Positions 10,925 through 24,900 of a stretch of DNA of 43,404 bases are shown here, in pieces. The translations under genes were made by a program, and so were the position numbers. Within the stretch, counting starts at the first letter, position 1. Each line of letters starts with the position of its first letter. The stretch is from Macrostomum lignano. Lineage: Eukaryota. The notes beneath the pieces are model-generated. The model did not search any database. It was not told the origin of the DNA and saw nothing but the letters and a program-made list of their open reading frames with translations. The stretch covers positions 1 to 43,404 of the forward strand of contig NIVC01003809.1 in NCBI GenBank assembly GCA_002269645.1. Direction: 5' to 3'.

Positions 10925-11085
10925 CGACTTTCTAATCGTCATCGTCATGCACCCTCTGTCTTGAGGGCTAGCCCTTGTGGGTGTGAATAGCACGACGAAC
11001 CCAAACTAATGTGACCACGCACGGGAATCGAACCAGGTGTTGTAGCGCAAGAGATGGACGCATTTACTGCTGACCTGCCCTGCCG
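10925..11085 (-). mobile_element. Possible tRNA-derived SINE fragment
   Basis: B-box GGTTCGATTCCC on the - strand (~11023-11035), weak A box, short (GACGAT)n-like tail near 10935-10948. Confidence 0.4.
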
Positions 11086-11098
11086 CCCCCAGTCAGAC

Positions 11099-11566
11099 AT
11101 AACTTGAGTAGATAAAGCTACCTTGCTCCCCCTGGTCAGGCATACTGCAATACCCTAACTTGAGTAGATAAAGCTACCTTGCTCCCCCCTGGTCAGGCAT
11201 ACTGCAACACCCTAACTTGAGTAGATAAAGCTACCTTGTTCCCCCCTGGTCAGGCATACTGCAACACCCTAAGTTTGAGTAGATAAAGCTACCTTGCTCC
11301 CCTGGTCAGGCATACTGCAATACCCTAACTTGAGTAGATAAAGCTACCTTGCTTCCCCTGGTCAGGCATACTGCAATACCCTAACTTGAGTAGATAAAGC
11401 TACCTTGCTCCCCTGGTCAGGCATACTGCAATACCCTAAGTTGAGTAGATAAAGCTACCTTGCTCCCCCCTGGTCAGGCATACTGCAATACCCTAAGTTA
11501 AGTAGATAAAGCTACCTTGCTCCCCCCTGGTCAGGCATACTGCAATACCCTAACTTGAGTAGATAA
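11099..11566 (-). repeat. ~57-bp tandem repeat containing the CPSF30 exon-1 donor (AGCAAG|GTAGCTTT), distal block with 8 donor copies
   Basis: Same unit as 25485-25666; unit length varies 55-58 bp in the C run. Confidence 0.95.
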
Positions 11567-11634
11567 CTAGCAATCTTCGCCCCCCGTTGGGGGACATCTG
11601 GATAGAATCGCTGTTCTCTACAAGTAACAAAAAG

Positions 11635-11900
11635 ACAGCAAGCATCCCCCCGATAGCAAGCATCCCCCAGATTGCAAGCATCCCCCAGATAGCAAGCATC
11701 CCCCAGATTGCAAGCATCCCCCAGATAGCAAGCATCCCCCCGATAGCAAGCATCCCCCAGATTGCAAGCATCCCCCAGATAGCAAGCATCCCCAGATTGC
11801 AAGCATCCCCCAGATAGCAGCATCCCCCAGATAGCAAGCATCCCCCAAATAGCAAGCATCCCCCAGATTGCAAGCATCCCCCAGATAGCAAGCATCCACC
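11635..11900. repeat. 20-bp minisatellite (AGCAAGCATCCCCCAGATT/A)n, ~13 copies
   Basis: Direct tandem repeats; source of the MLAIWG/GDACYL ORFs. Confidence 0.95.
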
Positions 11901-11989
11901 AGACAATAAGTAGCTAGTGCAACAATTTCCTTAGCTCTATAGTGGCTCCTTTAAAATTGGCATGACGCTTACTTTTACGTTTGAAATTG

Positions 11990-14900
11990 TGTATCTTTAA
12001 TGTTTGACATGGTGGCTCTTTTATGTTCTAAATGGTGGCTTTTTTATGTTTGAATCGGGGTTTTTTTAATGTCTGACATGGTGTCTCTTTAATGTTTGAC
12101 ATGGTGGCTCTTTAATGCTAGACATGGTGGCTCTTTTATGTTCGACATGGTGGCTCTTTAGTGTTTGAGATGGTAGCTCTTTAATGTTAGATATGATGGT
12201 TCTTTAATGTGCGACATGTTGGCTCTCTAATGTTTGACATTGTGGCTCTTTTATGTTCGACATGGTGGTTCTTTCATGTTGGACATGGTGGCTCTTTTAT
12301 GCTTGACGTGGTGGCTCTTTACTGTTTGTCATGAAGTCACATATATGTTTGACATGGTGGCTCTTTTATGTTTGACATGCTGGCTCTTTAATGTTTGACA
12401 TGGAGGCTCTTTAATTTTCGAAATGGTGTCTCTTTTATGTTTGACATGGAGGCTCTTTAATTTTCGAAATGGTGTCTCTTTTATGTTTGACATGGTGGCT
12501 CTTAAATGTTAGACATGGTGGCTCTTTAATGTTCGACATGGTGGCTCTTTAATGTTTGACATTGTGGCTCTTTTATGTTTCACAAGGTGGCTCTTTAATG
12601 TTTGACATGGTGGCTCTTTAATGTTTGACATGGTTGCTCTTTAATTTTCGAAATGGTGTCTCTTTTATGTTTGACATGGTGGCTCTTTAATGTTAGACAT
12701 AATGGTTCTTTAATGTTCGACATGGTGGCTCTTTAATGTTTGACATGATGGCTCTTTTATGTTTGACATGGAGTCACATATATGCTTGAGATGGTGGCTC
12801 TTTTATGTCTGTGGCTCTTTTGTCTCTTTTATGTTCTACATGGTAGCTCTTTTATGCTTGATTCGGAGTTTTTTTAGTGTTTGACATGGTGTCTCTTTAA
12901 TGTTTGACATGGTGGCTCTTTTATGTTTGACATTGTGGCTCTTTTTTTTCGACATGGTGGCTCTTTTATGTTTGACATGGTGGCTCTTTAGTGTTTGACA
13001 TAGTGACTCTATAATGTTCGACATGGTGGCTTTTTTAGGTTTGAAATGGTGGCTCTTTAATGTTTGACAAGGTGGCTCTTTAATATTTGACAAGGTGGCT
13101 CTTTAATTTTTGACATGGTGGCTTTATAATGTTAGACATCGTGGCTCTCTAATGTTAAACATGGTGGCTCTTTAATGTTCGACATGGTGGCTCTTTAGTG
13201 TTCGACATGGTGGCTCTTTAATGTTTGACATTGTGGCTCTTTTATGTTCGACATGGTGGCTCTTTAATGTTTGAAATGGTGGCTCTTTAATGTTTGACAT
13301 GGTGGCTCTTTTATGTTCGACATGGTGGTTCTTTTATGTTTGACATGGTGGCTCTTTTGTGCTTGACATGGTGGCTCTTTACTGTTTGACATGGAGTCAC
13401 ATATATGTTTGACATGGTGGCTTTTTAATGTTTGACATGATGGCTCTTTTATGTTTGACATTGTGGCTCTTTTATGTTTGACATGGTGGCTCTTTAATGT
13501 TCAACATGGTGGCTCCTTAATGTTTGACATTGTGGCTCTTTAATGTTCGACATCGTGGCTCTTTATTGTTCGACATGGTGGCTCTACAATGTTTGACATT
13601 GTGGCTCGTTAATGTTTGACATGGTGGCTCTTTTATGTTTGACATGGTGGCTCTTTAATGTTTGACGTGGTGGCTCTTTAATGTTCTTCATGGTGGCTCT
13701 TTTATGTTTGACATGGAGTCACGAATATACTTGACATGGTGACTCGTTAATGTTAGACATGGTGGCTCTTTAATGTTCGACATAATGGCTCTTTAATGTT
13801 AGACATGGTGGCTCTTTAATGTTTGACATTGTGCTTTTTTGTGTTTAGCATTTTGTGTTTTTAAGGTTTTTTAATAAAAAAATCTTTTTGCACTACTAAG
13901 ACTCGAAACCAGGTCGCTGCATTAGCAGTCCAGTCTGTTCGCATCTATGCTATCTCTTGTCAATTGGAGAACATGAATTGTGGCCCTTATAATTCAATAC
14001 TTACAGCAAGTCGGTTAGAATAAAATGTTATGACATAATCAATTTCTCTGTCAGCCAGTATCAGTGTCAATTTAAGTTAGCAATATTGTTACGCAATTTC
14101 AATCAAGTTGAAAGACATTGTGGCTCTTTAATGTTTGACATGGAGTCACGTATTATATGTTGGACATGGAGTCATGTATATTTTGACATGATAGCTCTCC
14201 TATGTTTGATATGGTGGCTCTTTTGTGTTTGGCCTGGTGGCTTTTTTATGTCAATTGACATGGTGGCTCTTTATTGTTTGAGATGGTGGCTTTTTATGTT
14301 TCAGATGGTAGCTCTTTTATGTTTGACATGGTGGGTCTGTAATGTTTGACATTGTGGCTCTTTAATGTTTGACATGGTGGCTCTTCTATGTTTGACATGG
14401 CGGCTCTTTTATGTCTAACTTGGTAGCTCTTTTATGTTTGGCATGATGGCTCCTTTATGTCAATTGACATGGTGGCTCTTTTATGTTTGACATGGTGGGT
14501 CTTTAATTTTCGACATGGTGGTTCTTTAATGTCAATTGACAAGGTGGCTCTTTAATGTTCGACATCGTGGCTCTTTATTGTTCGACATGGTGGCTCTTCA
14601 ATGTTTGACATTGTGGCTCGTTAATGTTTGACATGGTGCCTCTTTTACGTTTGACATGGTGGCTCTTTAATGTTTGACGTGGTGGCTCTTTAATGTTCTT
14701 CATGGTGGCTCTTTTATGTTTGACATGGAGTCACGAATATACTTGACATGGTGACTCGTTAATGTTAGACATGGTGGCTCTTTAATGTTCGACATAATGG
14801 CTCTTTAATGTTAGACATGGTGGCTCTTTAATGTTTGACATGGCGGCTCTTTTATGTCTAACTTGGTAGCTCTTTTATGTTTGGCATGATGGCTCTTTTA

Positions 14901-17900
14901 TGTCAATTGACATGGTGGCTCTTTTATGTTTGACATGGTGGGTCTTTAATTTTCAACATGGTGGTTCTTTAATGTCAATTGACAAGGTGGCTCTTTAATG
15001 TTCGACATCGTGGCTCTTTAATGTTTGACATGGTGGCTCTTCTATGTTTGACATGGCGGCTCTTTAATTTTTGACATGGAGTCACGTGTATGTTTGGCAT
15101 GGTGGCTCTTTAATTTTTTTACATGGAGTCACGTGTATGTTTGGCATGGTGGCTCTTTAATTTTTTTACATGGAGTCACGTGTATATTTGACATGGTGGC
15201 GCTTTTATGTTCGACATGGTGGCCCTTTAATGTTTGACATGGAGTCACGTATATGTTTGACATGGTGGCTCTTTAATGGTTGATATGGTGGCTCTTTAAT
15301 GGTTGATATGGTGGCTCTTTAATGGTTGATATGGTGAATCTTTAATATTTGACATGGAGTCACGTGTATGTTTGACATGGTGGCTCTTTTATGTTCGACA
15401 TGGTGGCTCTTTAATGTTTGACGTGGTGGCTCTTTAATGTTCTTCATGGTGGCTCTTTTATGTTTGACATGGAGTCACGAATATACTTGACATGGTGACT
15501 CGTTAATGTTAGACATGGTGGCTCTTTAATGTTCGACATAATGGCTCTTTAATGTTAGACATGGTGGCTCTTTAATGTTTGACATTGTGCTTTTTTGTGT
15601 TTAGCATTTTGTGTTTTTAAGGTTTTTTAATAAAAAAATCTTTTTGCACTACTAAGACTCGAAACCAGGTCGCTGCATTAGCAGTCCAGTCTGTTCGCAT
15701 CTATGCTATCTCTTGTCAATTGGAGAACATGAATTGTGGCCCTTATAATTCAATACTTACAGCAAGTCGGTTAGAATAAAATGTTATGACATAATCAATT
15801 TCTCTGTCAGCCAGTATCAGTGTCAATTTAAGTTAGCAATATTGTTACGCAATTTCAATCAAGTTGAAAGACATTGTGGCTCTTTAATGTTTGACATGGA
15901 GTCACGTATATGTTGGACATGGAGTCATGTATATTTTGACATGATAGCTCTCCTATGTTTGATATGGTGGCTCTTTTGTGTTTGGCCTGGTGGCTTTTTT
16001 ATGTCAATTGACATGGTGGCTCTTTATTGTTTGAGATGGTGGCTTTTTATGTTTCAGATGGTAGCTCTTTTATGTTTGACATGGTGGCTCTGTAATGTTT
16101 GACATTGTGGCTCTTTAATGTTTGACATGGAGTCACGTATATGTTTGACATGGCGGCTCTTTTATGTCTAACTTGGTAGCTCTTTTATGTTTGGCATGAT
16201 GGCTCCTTTATGTCAATTGACATGGTGGCTCTTTTATGTTTGACATGGTGGGTCTTTAATTTTCGACATGGTGGTTCTTTAATGTCAATTGACAAGGTGG
16301 CTCTTTAATGTTCGACATCGTGGCTCTTTATTGTTCGACATGGTGGCTCTTCAATGTTTGACATTGTGGCTCGTTAATGTTTGACATGGTGCCTCTTTTA
16401 CGTTTGACATGGTGGCTCTTTAATGTTTGACGTGGTGGCTCTTTAATGTTCTTCATGGTGGCTCTTTTATGTTTGACATGGAGTCACGAATATACTTGAC
16501 ATGGTGACTCGTTAATGTTAGACATGGTGGCTCTTTAATGTTCGACATAATGGCTCTTTAATGTTAGACATGGTGGCTCTTTAATGTTTGACATGGCGGC
16601 TCTTTTATGTCTAACTTGGTAGCTCTTTTATGTTTGGCATGATGGCTCTTTTATGTCAATTGACATGGTGGCTCTTTTATGTTTGACATGGTGGGTCTTT
16701 AATTTTCAACATGGTGGTTCTTTAATGTCAATTGACAAGGTGGCTCTTTAATGTTCGACATCGTGGCTCTTTAATGTTTGACATGGTGGCTCTTCTATGT
16801 TTGACATGGCGGCTCTTTAATTTTTGACATGGAGTCACGTGTATGTTTGGCATGGTGGCTCTTTAATTTTTTTACATGGAGTCACGTGTATGTTTGGCAT
16901 GGTGGCTCTTTAATTTTTTTACATGGAGTCACGTGTATATTTGACATGGTGGCGCTTTTATGTTCGACATGGTGGCCCTTTAATGTTTGACATGGAGTCA
17001 CGTATATGTTTGACATGGTGGCTCTTTAATGGTTGATATGGTGGCTCTTTAATGGTTGATATGGTGGCTCTTTAATGGTTGATATGGTGAATCTTTAATA
17101 TTTGACATGGAGTCACGTGTATGTTTGACATGGTGGCTCTTTTATGTTCGACATGGTGGCTCTTTAATGTTTGACGTGGTGGCTCTTTAATGTTCTTCAT
17201 GGTGGCTCTTTTATGTTTGACATGGAGTCACGAATATACTTGACATGGTGACTCGTTAATGTTAGACATGGTGGCTCTTTAATGTTCGACATAATGGCTC
17301 TTTAATGTTAGACATGGTGGCTCTTTAATGTTTGACATTGTGCTTTTTTGTGTTTAGCATTTTGTGTTTTTAAGGTTTTTTAATAAAAAAATCTTTTTGC
17401 ACTACTAAGACTCGAAACCAGGTCGCTGCATTAGCAGTCCAGTCTGTTCGCATCTATGCTATCTCTTGTCAATTGGAGAACATGAATTGTGGCCCTTATA
17501 ATTCAATACTTACAGCAAGTCGGTTAGAATAAAATGTTATGACATAATCAATTTCTCTGTCAGCCAGTATCAGTGTCAATTTAAGTTAGCAATATTGTTA
17601 CGCAATTTCAATCAAGTTGAAAGACATTGTGGCTCTTTAATGTTTGACATGGAGTCACGTATATGTTGGACATGGAGTCATGTATATTTTGACATGATAG
17701 CTCTCCTATGTTTGATATGGTGGCTCTTTTGTGTTTGGCCTGGTGGCTTTTTTATGTCAATTGACATGGTGGCTCTTTATTGTTTGAGATGGTGGCTTTT
17801 TATGTTTCAGATGGTAGCTCTTTTATGTTTGACATGGTGGCTCTGTAATGTTTGACATTGTGGCTCTTTAATGTTTGACATGGAGTCACGTATATGTTTG

Positions 17901-20900
17901 ACATGGAGTCATGTATATTTTGACATGGTAGCTCTTCTATGTTCGAAATGGTGTCTCTTTTATGTTTGACATGGTGTCTCTTTTATGTGTGACATGGCGT
18001 CTTTTATATGATTGACATGGTGGCTCTTTTATGTTTAGCATGGTGGCTCAATAATGTTTGACATGGTGTCTCTTTTATGTTTGACATGGAGTGATGTATA
18101 CGTTTGACATAGTAGCTCTTTAATGTTTGACATGGAGTCACGTATATGTTTGACATGGAGTCATGTATATTTTGACATGGTAGCTCTTCTATGTTTGATA
18201 TGGTGGCTCTTTTATGTTTGGCATGGTGGCTTTTTTATGTCAATTGACATGGTGGCTCTTTATTGTTTGAATTGGTGGCTTTTTTTATGTTTCAGATGGT
18301 AGCTCTTTTATGTTTGACATGGTGGCTCTTTAATGTTCGACATGGTGGCTCAGTAATGTTTGACATAGTGGCTCTTCTATGTTTGACATGGCGGCTCTTT
18401 TATGTCTAACTTGGTAGCTCTTTTATGTTTGGCATGATGGCTCCTTTATGTCAATTGACATGGTGGCTCTTTTATGTTTGACATGGTGGGTCTTTAATTT
18501 TCGACATGGTGGTTCTTTAATGTCAATTGACAAGGTGGCTCTTTAATGTTCGACATCGTGGCTCTTTATTGTTCGACATGGTGGCTCTTCAATGTTTGAC
18601 ATTGTGGCTCGTTAATGTTTGACATGGTGCCTCTTTTACGTTTGACATGGTGGCTCTTTAATGTTTGACGTGGTGGCTCTTTAATGTTCTTCATGGTGGC
18701 TCTTTTATGTTTGACATGGAGTCACGAATATACTTGACATGGTGACTCGTTAATGTTAGACATGGTGGCTCTTTAATGTTCGACATAATGGCTCTTTAAT
18801 GTTAGACATGGTGGCTCTTTAATGTTTGACATGGCGGCTCTTTTATGTCTAACTTGGTAGCTCTTTTATGTTTGGCATGATGGCTCTTTTATGTCAATTG
18901 ACATGGTGGCTCTTTTATGTTTGACATGGTGGGTCTTTAATTTTCAACATGGTGGTTCTTTAATGTCAATTGACAAGGTGGCTCTTTAATGTTCGACATC
19001 GTGGCTCTTTAATGTTTGACATGGTGGCTCTTCTATGTTTGACATGGCGGCTCTTTAATTTTTGACATGGAGTCACGTGTATGTTTGGCATGGTGGCTCT
19101 TTAATTTTTTTACATGGAGTCACGTGTATGTTTGGCATGGTGGCTCTTTAATTTTTTTACATGGAGTCACGTGTATATTTGACATGGTGGCGCTTTTATG
19201 TTCGACATGGTGGCCCTTTAATGTTTGACATGGAGTCACGTATATGTTTGACATGGTGGCTCTTTAATGGTTGATATGGTGGCTCTTTAATGGTTGATAT
19301 GGTGGCTCTTTAATGGTTGATATGGTGAATCTTTAATATTTGACATGGAGTCACGTGTATGTTTGACATGGTGGCTCTTTTATGTTCGACATGGTGGCTC
19401 TTTAATGTTTGACGTGGTGGCTCTTTAATGTTCTTCATGGTGGCTCTTTTATGTTTGACATGGAGTCACGAATATACTTGACATGGTGACTCGTTAATGT
19501 TAGACATGGTGGCTCTTTAATGTTCGACATAATGGCTCTTTAATGTTAGACATGGTGGCTCTTTAATGTTTGACATTGTGCTTTTTTGTGTTTAGCATTT
19601 TGTGTTTTTAAGGTTTTTTAATAAAAAAATCTTTTTGCACTACTAAGACTCGAAACCAGGTCGCTGCATTAGCAGTCCAGTCTGTTCGCATCTATGCTAT
19701 CTCTTGTCAATTGGAGAACATGAATTGTGGCCCTTATAATTCAATACTTACAGCAAGTCGGTTAGAATAAAATGTTATGACATAATCAATTTCTCTGTCA
19801 GCCAGTATCAGTGTCAATTTAAGTTAGCAATATTGTTACGCAATTTCAATCAAGTTGAAAGACATTGTGGCTCTTTAATGTTTGACATGGAGTCACGTAT
19901 TATATGTTGGACATGGAGTCATGTATATTTTGACATGATAGCTCTCCTATGTTTGATATGGTGGCTCTTTTGTGTTTGGCCTGGTGGCTTTTTTATGTCA
20001 ATTGACATGGTGGCTCTTTATTGTTTGAGATGGTGGCTTTTTATGTTTCAGATGGTAGCTCTTTTATGTTTGACATGGTGGGTCTGTAATGTTTGACATT
20101 GTGGCTCTTTAATGTTTGACATGGAGTCACGTATATGTTTGACATGGAGTCATGTATATTTTGACATGGTAGCTCTTCTATGTTCGAAATGGTGTCTCTT
20201 TTATGTTTGACATGGTGTCTCTTTTATGTGTGACATGGCGTCTTTTATATGATTGACATGGTGGCTCTTTTATGTTTAGCATGGTGGCTCAATAATGTTT
20301 GACATGGTGTCTCTTTTATGTTTGACATGGAGTGATGTATACGTTTGACATAGTAGCTCTTTAATGTTTGACATGGAGTCACGTATATGTTTGACATGGA
20401 GTCATGTATATTTTGACATGGTAGCTCTTCTATGTTTGATATGGTGGCTCTTTTATGTTTGGCATGGTGGCTTTTTTATGTCAATTGACATGGTGGCTCT
20501 TTATTGTTTGAAATGGTGGCTTTTTTATGTTTCAGATGGTAGCTCTTTTATGTTTGACATGGTGGCTCTTTAATGTTCGACATGGTGGCTCAGTAATGTT
20601 TGACATGGTGGCTCTTCTATGTTTGACATGGCGGCTCTTTTATGTCTAACTTGGTAGCTCTTTTATGTTTGGCATGATGGCTCCTTTATGTCAATTGACA
20701 TGGTGGCTCTTTTATGTTTGACATGGTGGGTCTTTAATTTTCGACATGGTGGTTCTTTAATGTCAATTGACAAGGTGGCTCTTTAATGTTCGACATCGTG
20801 GCTCTTTATTGTTCGACATGGTGGCTCTTCAATGTTTGACATTGTGGCTCGTTAATGTTTGACATGGTGCCTCTTTTATGTTTGACATGGTGGCTCTTTA

Positions 20901-23900
20901 ATGTTTGACGTGGTGGCTCTTTAATGTTCTTCATGGTGGCTCTTTTATGTTTGACATGGAGTCACGAATATACTTGACATGGTGACTCGTTAATGTTAGA
21001 CATGGTGGCTCTTTAATGTTCGACATAATGGCTCTTTAATGTTAGACATGGTGGCTCTTTAATGTTTGACATGGCGGCTCTTTTATGTCTAACTTGGTAG
21101 CTCTTTTATGTTTGGCATGATGGCTCTTTTATGTCAATTGACATGGTGGCTCTTTTATGTTTGACATGGTGGGTCTTTAATTTTCAACATGGTGGTTCTT
21201 TAATGTCAATTGACAAGGTGGCTCTTTAATGTTCGACATCGTGGCTCTTTATTGTTCGACATGGTGGCTCTTCAATGTTTGACATTGTGGCTCGTTAATG
21301 TTTGACATGGTGCCTCTTTTACGTTTGACATGGTGGCTCTTTAATGTTTGACGTGGTGGCTCTTTAATGTTCTTCATGGTGGCTCTTTTATGTTTGACAT
21401 GGAGTCACGAATATACTTGACATGGTGACTCGTTAATGTTAGACATGGTGGCTCTTTAATGTTCGACATAATGGCTCTTTAATGTTAGACATGGTGGCTC
21501 TTTAATGTTTGACATGGCGGCTCTTTTATGTCTAACTTGGTAGCTCTTTTATGTTTGGCATGATGGCTCTTTTATGTCAATTGACATGGTGGCTCTTTTA
21601 TGTTTGACATGGTGGGTCTTTAATTTTCAACATGGTGGTTCTTTAATGTCAATTGACAAGGTGGCTCTTTAATGTTCGACATCGTGGCTCTTTAATGTTT
21701 GACATGGTGGCTCTTCTATGTTTGACATGGCGGCTCTTTAATTTTTGACATGGAGTCACGTGTATGTTTGGCATGGTGGCTCTTTAATTTTTTTACATGG
21801 AGTCACGTGTATGTTTGGCATGGTGGCTCTTTAATTTTTTTACATGGAGTCACGTGTATATTTGACATGGTGGCGCTTTTATGTTCGACATGGTGGCCCT
21901 TTAATGTTTGACATGGAGTCACGTATATGTTTGACATGGTGGCTCTTTAATGGTTGATATGGTGGCTCTTTAATGGTTGATATGGTGGCTCTTTAATGGT
22001 TGATATGGTGGCTCTTTAATGGTTGATATGGTGAATCTTTAATATTTGACATGGAGTCACGTGTATGTTTGACATGGTGGCTCTTTTATGTTCGACATGG
22101 TGGCTCTTTAATGTTTGACGTGGTGGCTCTTTAATGTTCTTCATGGTGGCTCTTTTATGTTTGACATGGAGTCACGAATATACTTGACATGGTGACTCGT
22201 TAATGTTAGACATGGTGGCTCTTTAATGTTCGACATAATGGCTCTTTAATGTTAGACATGGTGGCTCTTTAATGTTTGACATTGTGCTTTTTTGTGTTTA
22301 GCATTTTGTGTTTTTAAGGTTTTTTAATAAAAAAATCTTTTTGCACTACTAAGACTCGAAACCAGGTCGCTGCATTAGCAGTCCAGTCTGTTCGCATCTA
22401 TGCTATCTCTTGTCAATTGGAGAACATGAATTGTGGCCCTTATAATTCAATACTTACAGCAAGTCGGTTAGAATAAAATGTTATGACATAATCAATTTCT
22501 CTGTCAGCCAGTATCAGTGTCAATTTAAGTTAGCAATATTGTTACGCAATTTCAATCAAGTTGAAAGACATTGTGGCTCTTTAATGTTTGACATGGAGTC
22601 ACGTATATGTTGGACATGGAGTCATGTATATTTTGACATGATAGCTCTCCTATGTTTGATATGGTGGCTCTTTTGTGTTTGGCCTGGTGGCTTTTTTATG
22701 TCAATTGACATGGTGGCTCTTTATTGTTTGAGATGGTGGCTTTTTATGTTTCAGATGGTAGCTCTTTTATGTTTGACATGGTGGCTCTGTAATGTTTGAC
22801 ATTGTGGCTCTTTAATGTTTGACATGGAGTCACGTATATGTTTGACATGGAGTCATGTATATTTTGACATGGTAGCTCTTCTATGTTCGAAATGGTGTCT
22901 CTTTTATGTTTGACATGGTGTCTCTTTTATGTGTGACATGGCGTCTTTTATATGATTGACATGGTGGCTCTTTTATGTTTAGCATGGTGGCTCAATAATG
23001 TTTGACATGGTGTCTCTTTTATGTTTGACATGGAGTGATGTATACGTTTGACATAGTAGCTCTTTAATGTTTGACATGGAGTCACGTATATGTTTGACAT
23101 GGAGTCATGTATATTTTGACATGGTAGCTCTTCTATGTTTGATATGGTGGCTCTTTTATGTTTGGCATGGTGGCTTTTTTATGTCAATTGACATGGTGGC
23201 TCTTTATTGTTTGAATTGGTGGCTTTTTTTATGTTTCAGATGGTAGCTCTTTTATGTTTGACATGGTGGCTCTTTAATGTTCGACATGGTGGCTCAGTAA
23301 TGTTTGACATGGTGGCTCTTCTATGTTTGACATGGCGGCTCTTTTATGTCTAACTTGGTAGCTCTTTTATGTTTGGCATGATGGCTCCTTTATGTCAATT
23401 GACATGGTGGCTCTTTTATGTTTGACATGGTGGGTCTTTAATTTTCGACATGGTGGTTCTTTAATGTCAATTGACAAGGTGGCTCTTTAATGTTCGACAT
23501 CGTGGCTCTTTATTGTTCGACATGGTGGCTCTTCAATGTTTGACATTGTGGCTCGTTAATGTTTGACATGGTGCCTCTTTTACGTTTGACATGGTGGCTC
23601 TTTAATGTTTGACGTGGTGGCTCTTTAATGTTCTTCATGGTGGCTCTTTTATGTTTGACATGGAGTCACGAATATACTTGACATGGTGACTCGTTAATGT
23701 TAGACATGGTGGCTCTTTAATGTTCGACATAATGGCTCTTTAATGTTAGACATGGTGGCTCTTTAATGTTTGACATGGCGGCTCTTTTATGTCTAACTTG
23801 GTAGCTCTTTTATGTTTGGCATGATGGCTCTTTTATGTCAATTGACATGGTGGCTCTTTTATGTTTGACATGGTGGGTCTTTAATTTTCAACATGGTGGT

Positions 23901-24900
23901 TCTTTAATGTCAATTGACAAGGTGGCTCTTTAATGTTCGACATCGTGGCTCTTTAATGTTTGACATGGTGGCTCTTCTATGTTTGACATGGCGGCTCTTT
24001 AATTTTTGACATGGAGTCACGTGTATGTTTGGCATGGTGGCTCTTTAATTTTTTTACATGGAGTCACGTGTATGTTTGGCATGGTGGCTCTTTAATTTTT
24101 TTACATGGAGTCACGTGTATATTTGACATGGTGGCGCTTTTATGTTCGACATGGTGGCCCTTTAATGTTTGACATGGAGTCACGTATATGTTTGACATGG
24201 TGGCTCTTTAATGGTTGATATGGTGGCTCTTTAATGGTTGATATGGTGGCTCTTTAATGGTTGATATGGTGAATCTTTAATATTTGACATGGAGTCACGT
24301 GTATGTTTGACATGGTGGCTCTTTTATGTTCGACATGGTGGCTCTTTTATGTTTGACATGGTGGCCCTTTTACATTTGAAATGGTGTCTTTTTATGCTTG
24401 GCATGGTGGCTCATTAATGTTTTGAAATGGCAGCTCTTTTATGTTTGATATGGTGGCTTCCTTATGTGTGACATGGTGTCTCTTTTATGTTTAATGTTTG
24501 ACATGGAGTCACGTATATGTTTGACATGGTGGCTCCTTTATGCCTGACATGGAGTCACATATATGTTTGAAATGGTGGCGCTTTAATGTTTGACTTGGAG
24601 TCACGTACATGTTTGACATGGTGGGTCTTTTATGTTAGGCATTGTGGCTCTTTAATGTTTGACATGGTGGCTCTTTAATGTTCGACGTGGAGTCACGTAT
24701 ATGTTTGACATGGTGGGTCTTTTATGTTAGGCATTGTGGCTCTTTAATGTTCGACATGGTGGCTCTTTAATGTTCGACATGGAGTCACGTATATGTTTGA
24801 CATGATGGTTCTTTTATGTTTGGCATGGTGGTTCTTTTATGTTCGACATGGTGGCTCTATAATGTTTGACATGGTGCCATTTTTATGTTTGACATTGCGC
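11990..24900. repeat. Higher-order satellite of ~21-23-bp monomer TTTGACATGGTGGCTCTTT(A/T)ATG, roughly 500 monomers (estimate), punctuated by ~270-bp spacers
   Basis: Spacers start ~13848, 15604, 17357, 19595, 22301, 24912 (last one diverged); periods 1756, 1753, 2238, 2706, ~2610 bp; variant order is conserved between units. Confidence 0.97.
13880..13955 (-). ncRNA. tRNA-like Pol III cassette in the satellite spacer (repeated in all six spacers)
   Basis: A-box-like TAGCATAGATGCG, anticodon-like arm CTGGA-CTGCTAA-TGCAG, B-box-like GGTTTCGAGTC (GGGTTCGAATC in the copy near 24962-24972), T7 run downstream (broken in the last copy); no acceptor stem. Confidence 0.4.

Noticed and set aside
14086-22799. 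Five repeated 86-87-aa ORFs (MLRNFNQVERH...) and the MSNIKEPPC ORFs
   Set aside because: They start at TTG/ATG within the spacer-satellite junction, have W/C/F-biased composition dictated by the monomer, and show no protein motif
11990-24900. Perfect Kozak GCCACCATG in most monomers on the - strand
   Set aside because: Real sequence, but intronic and followed by frequent frameshifts/stops from variable monomer length; no sign of function, and a chance match in one founding monomer explains all copies
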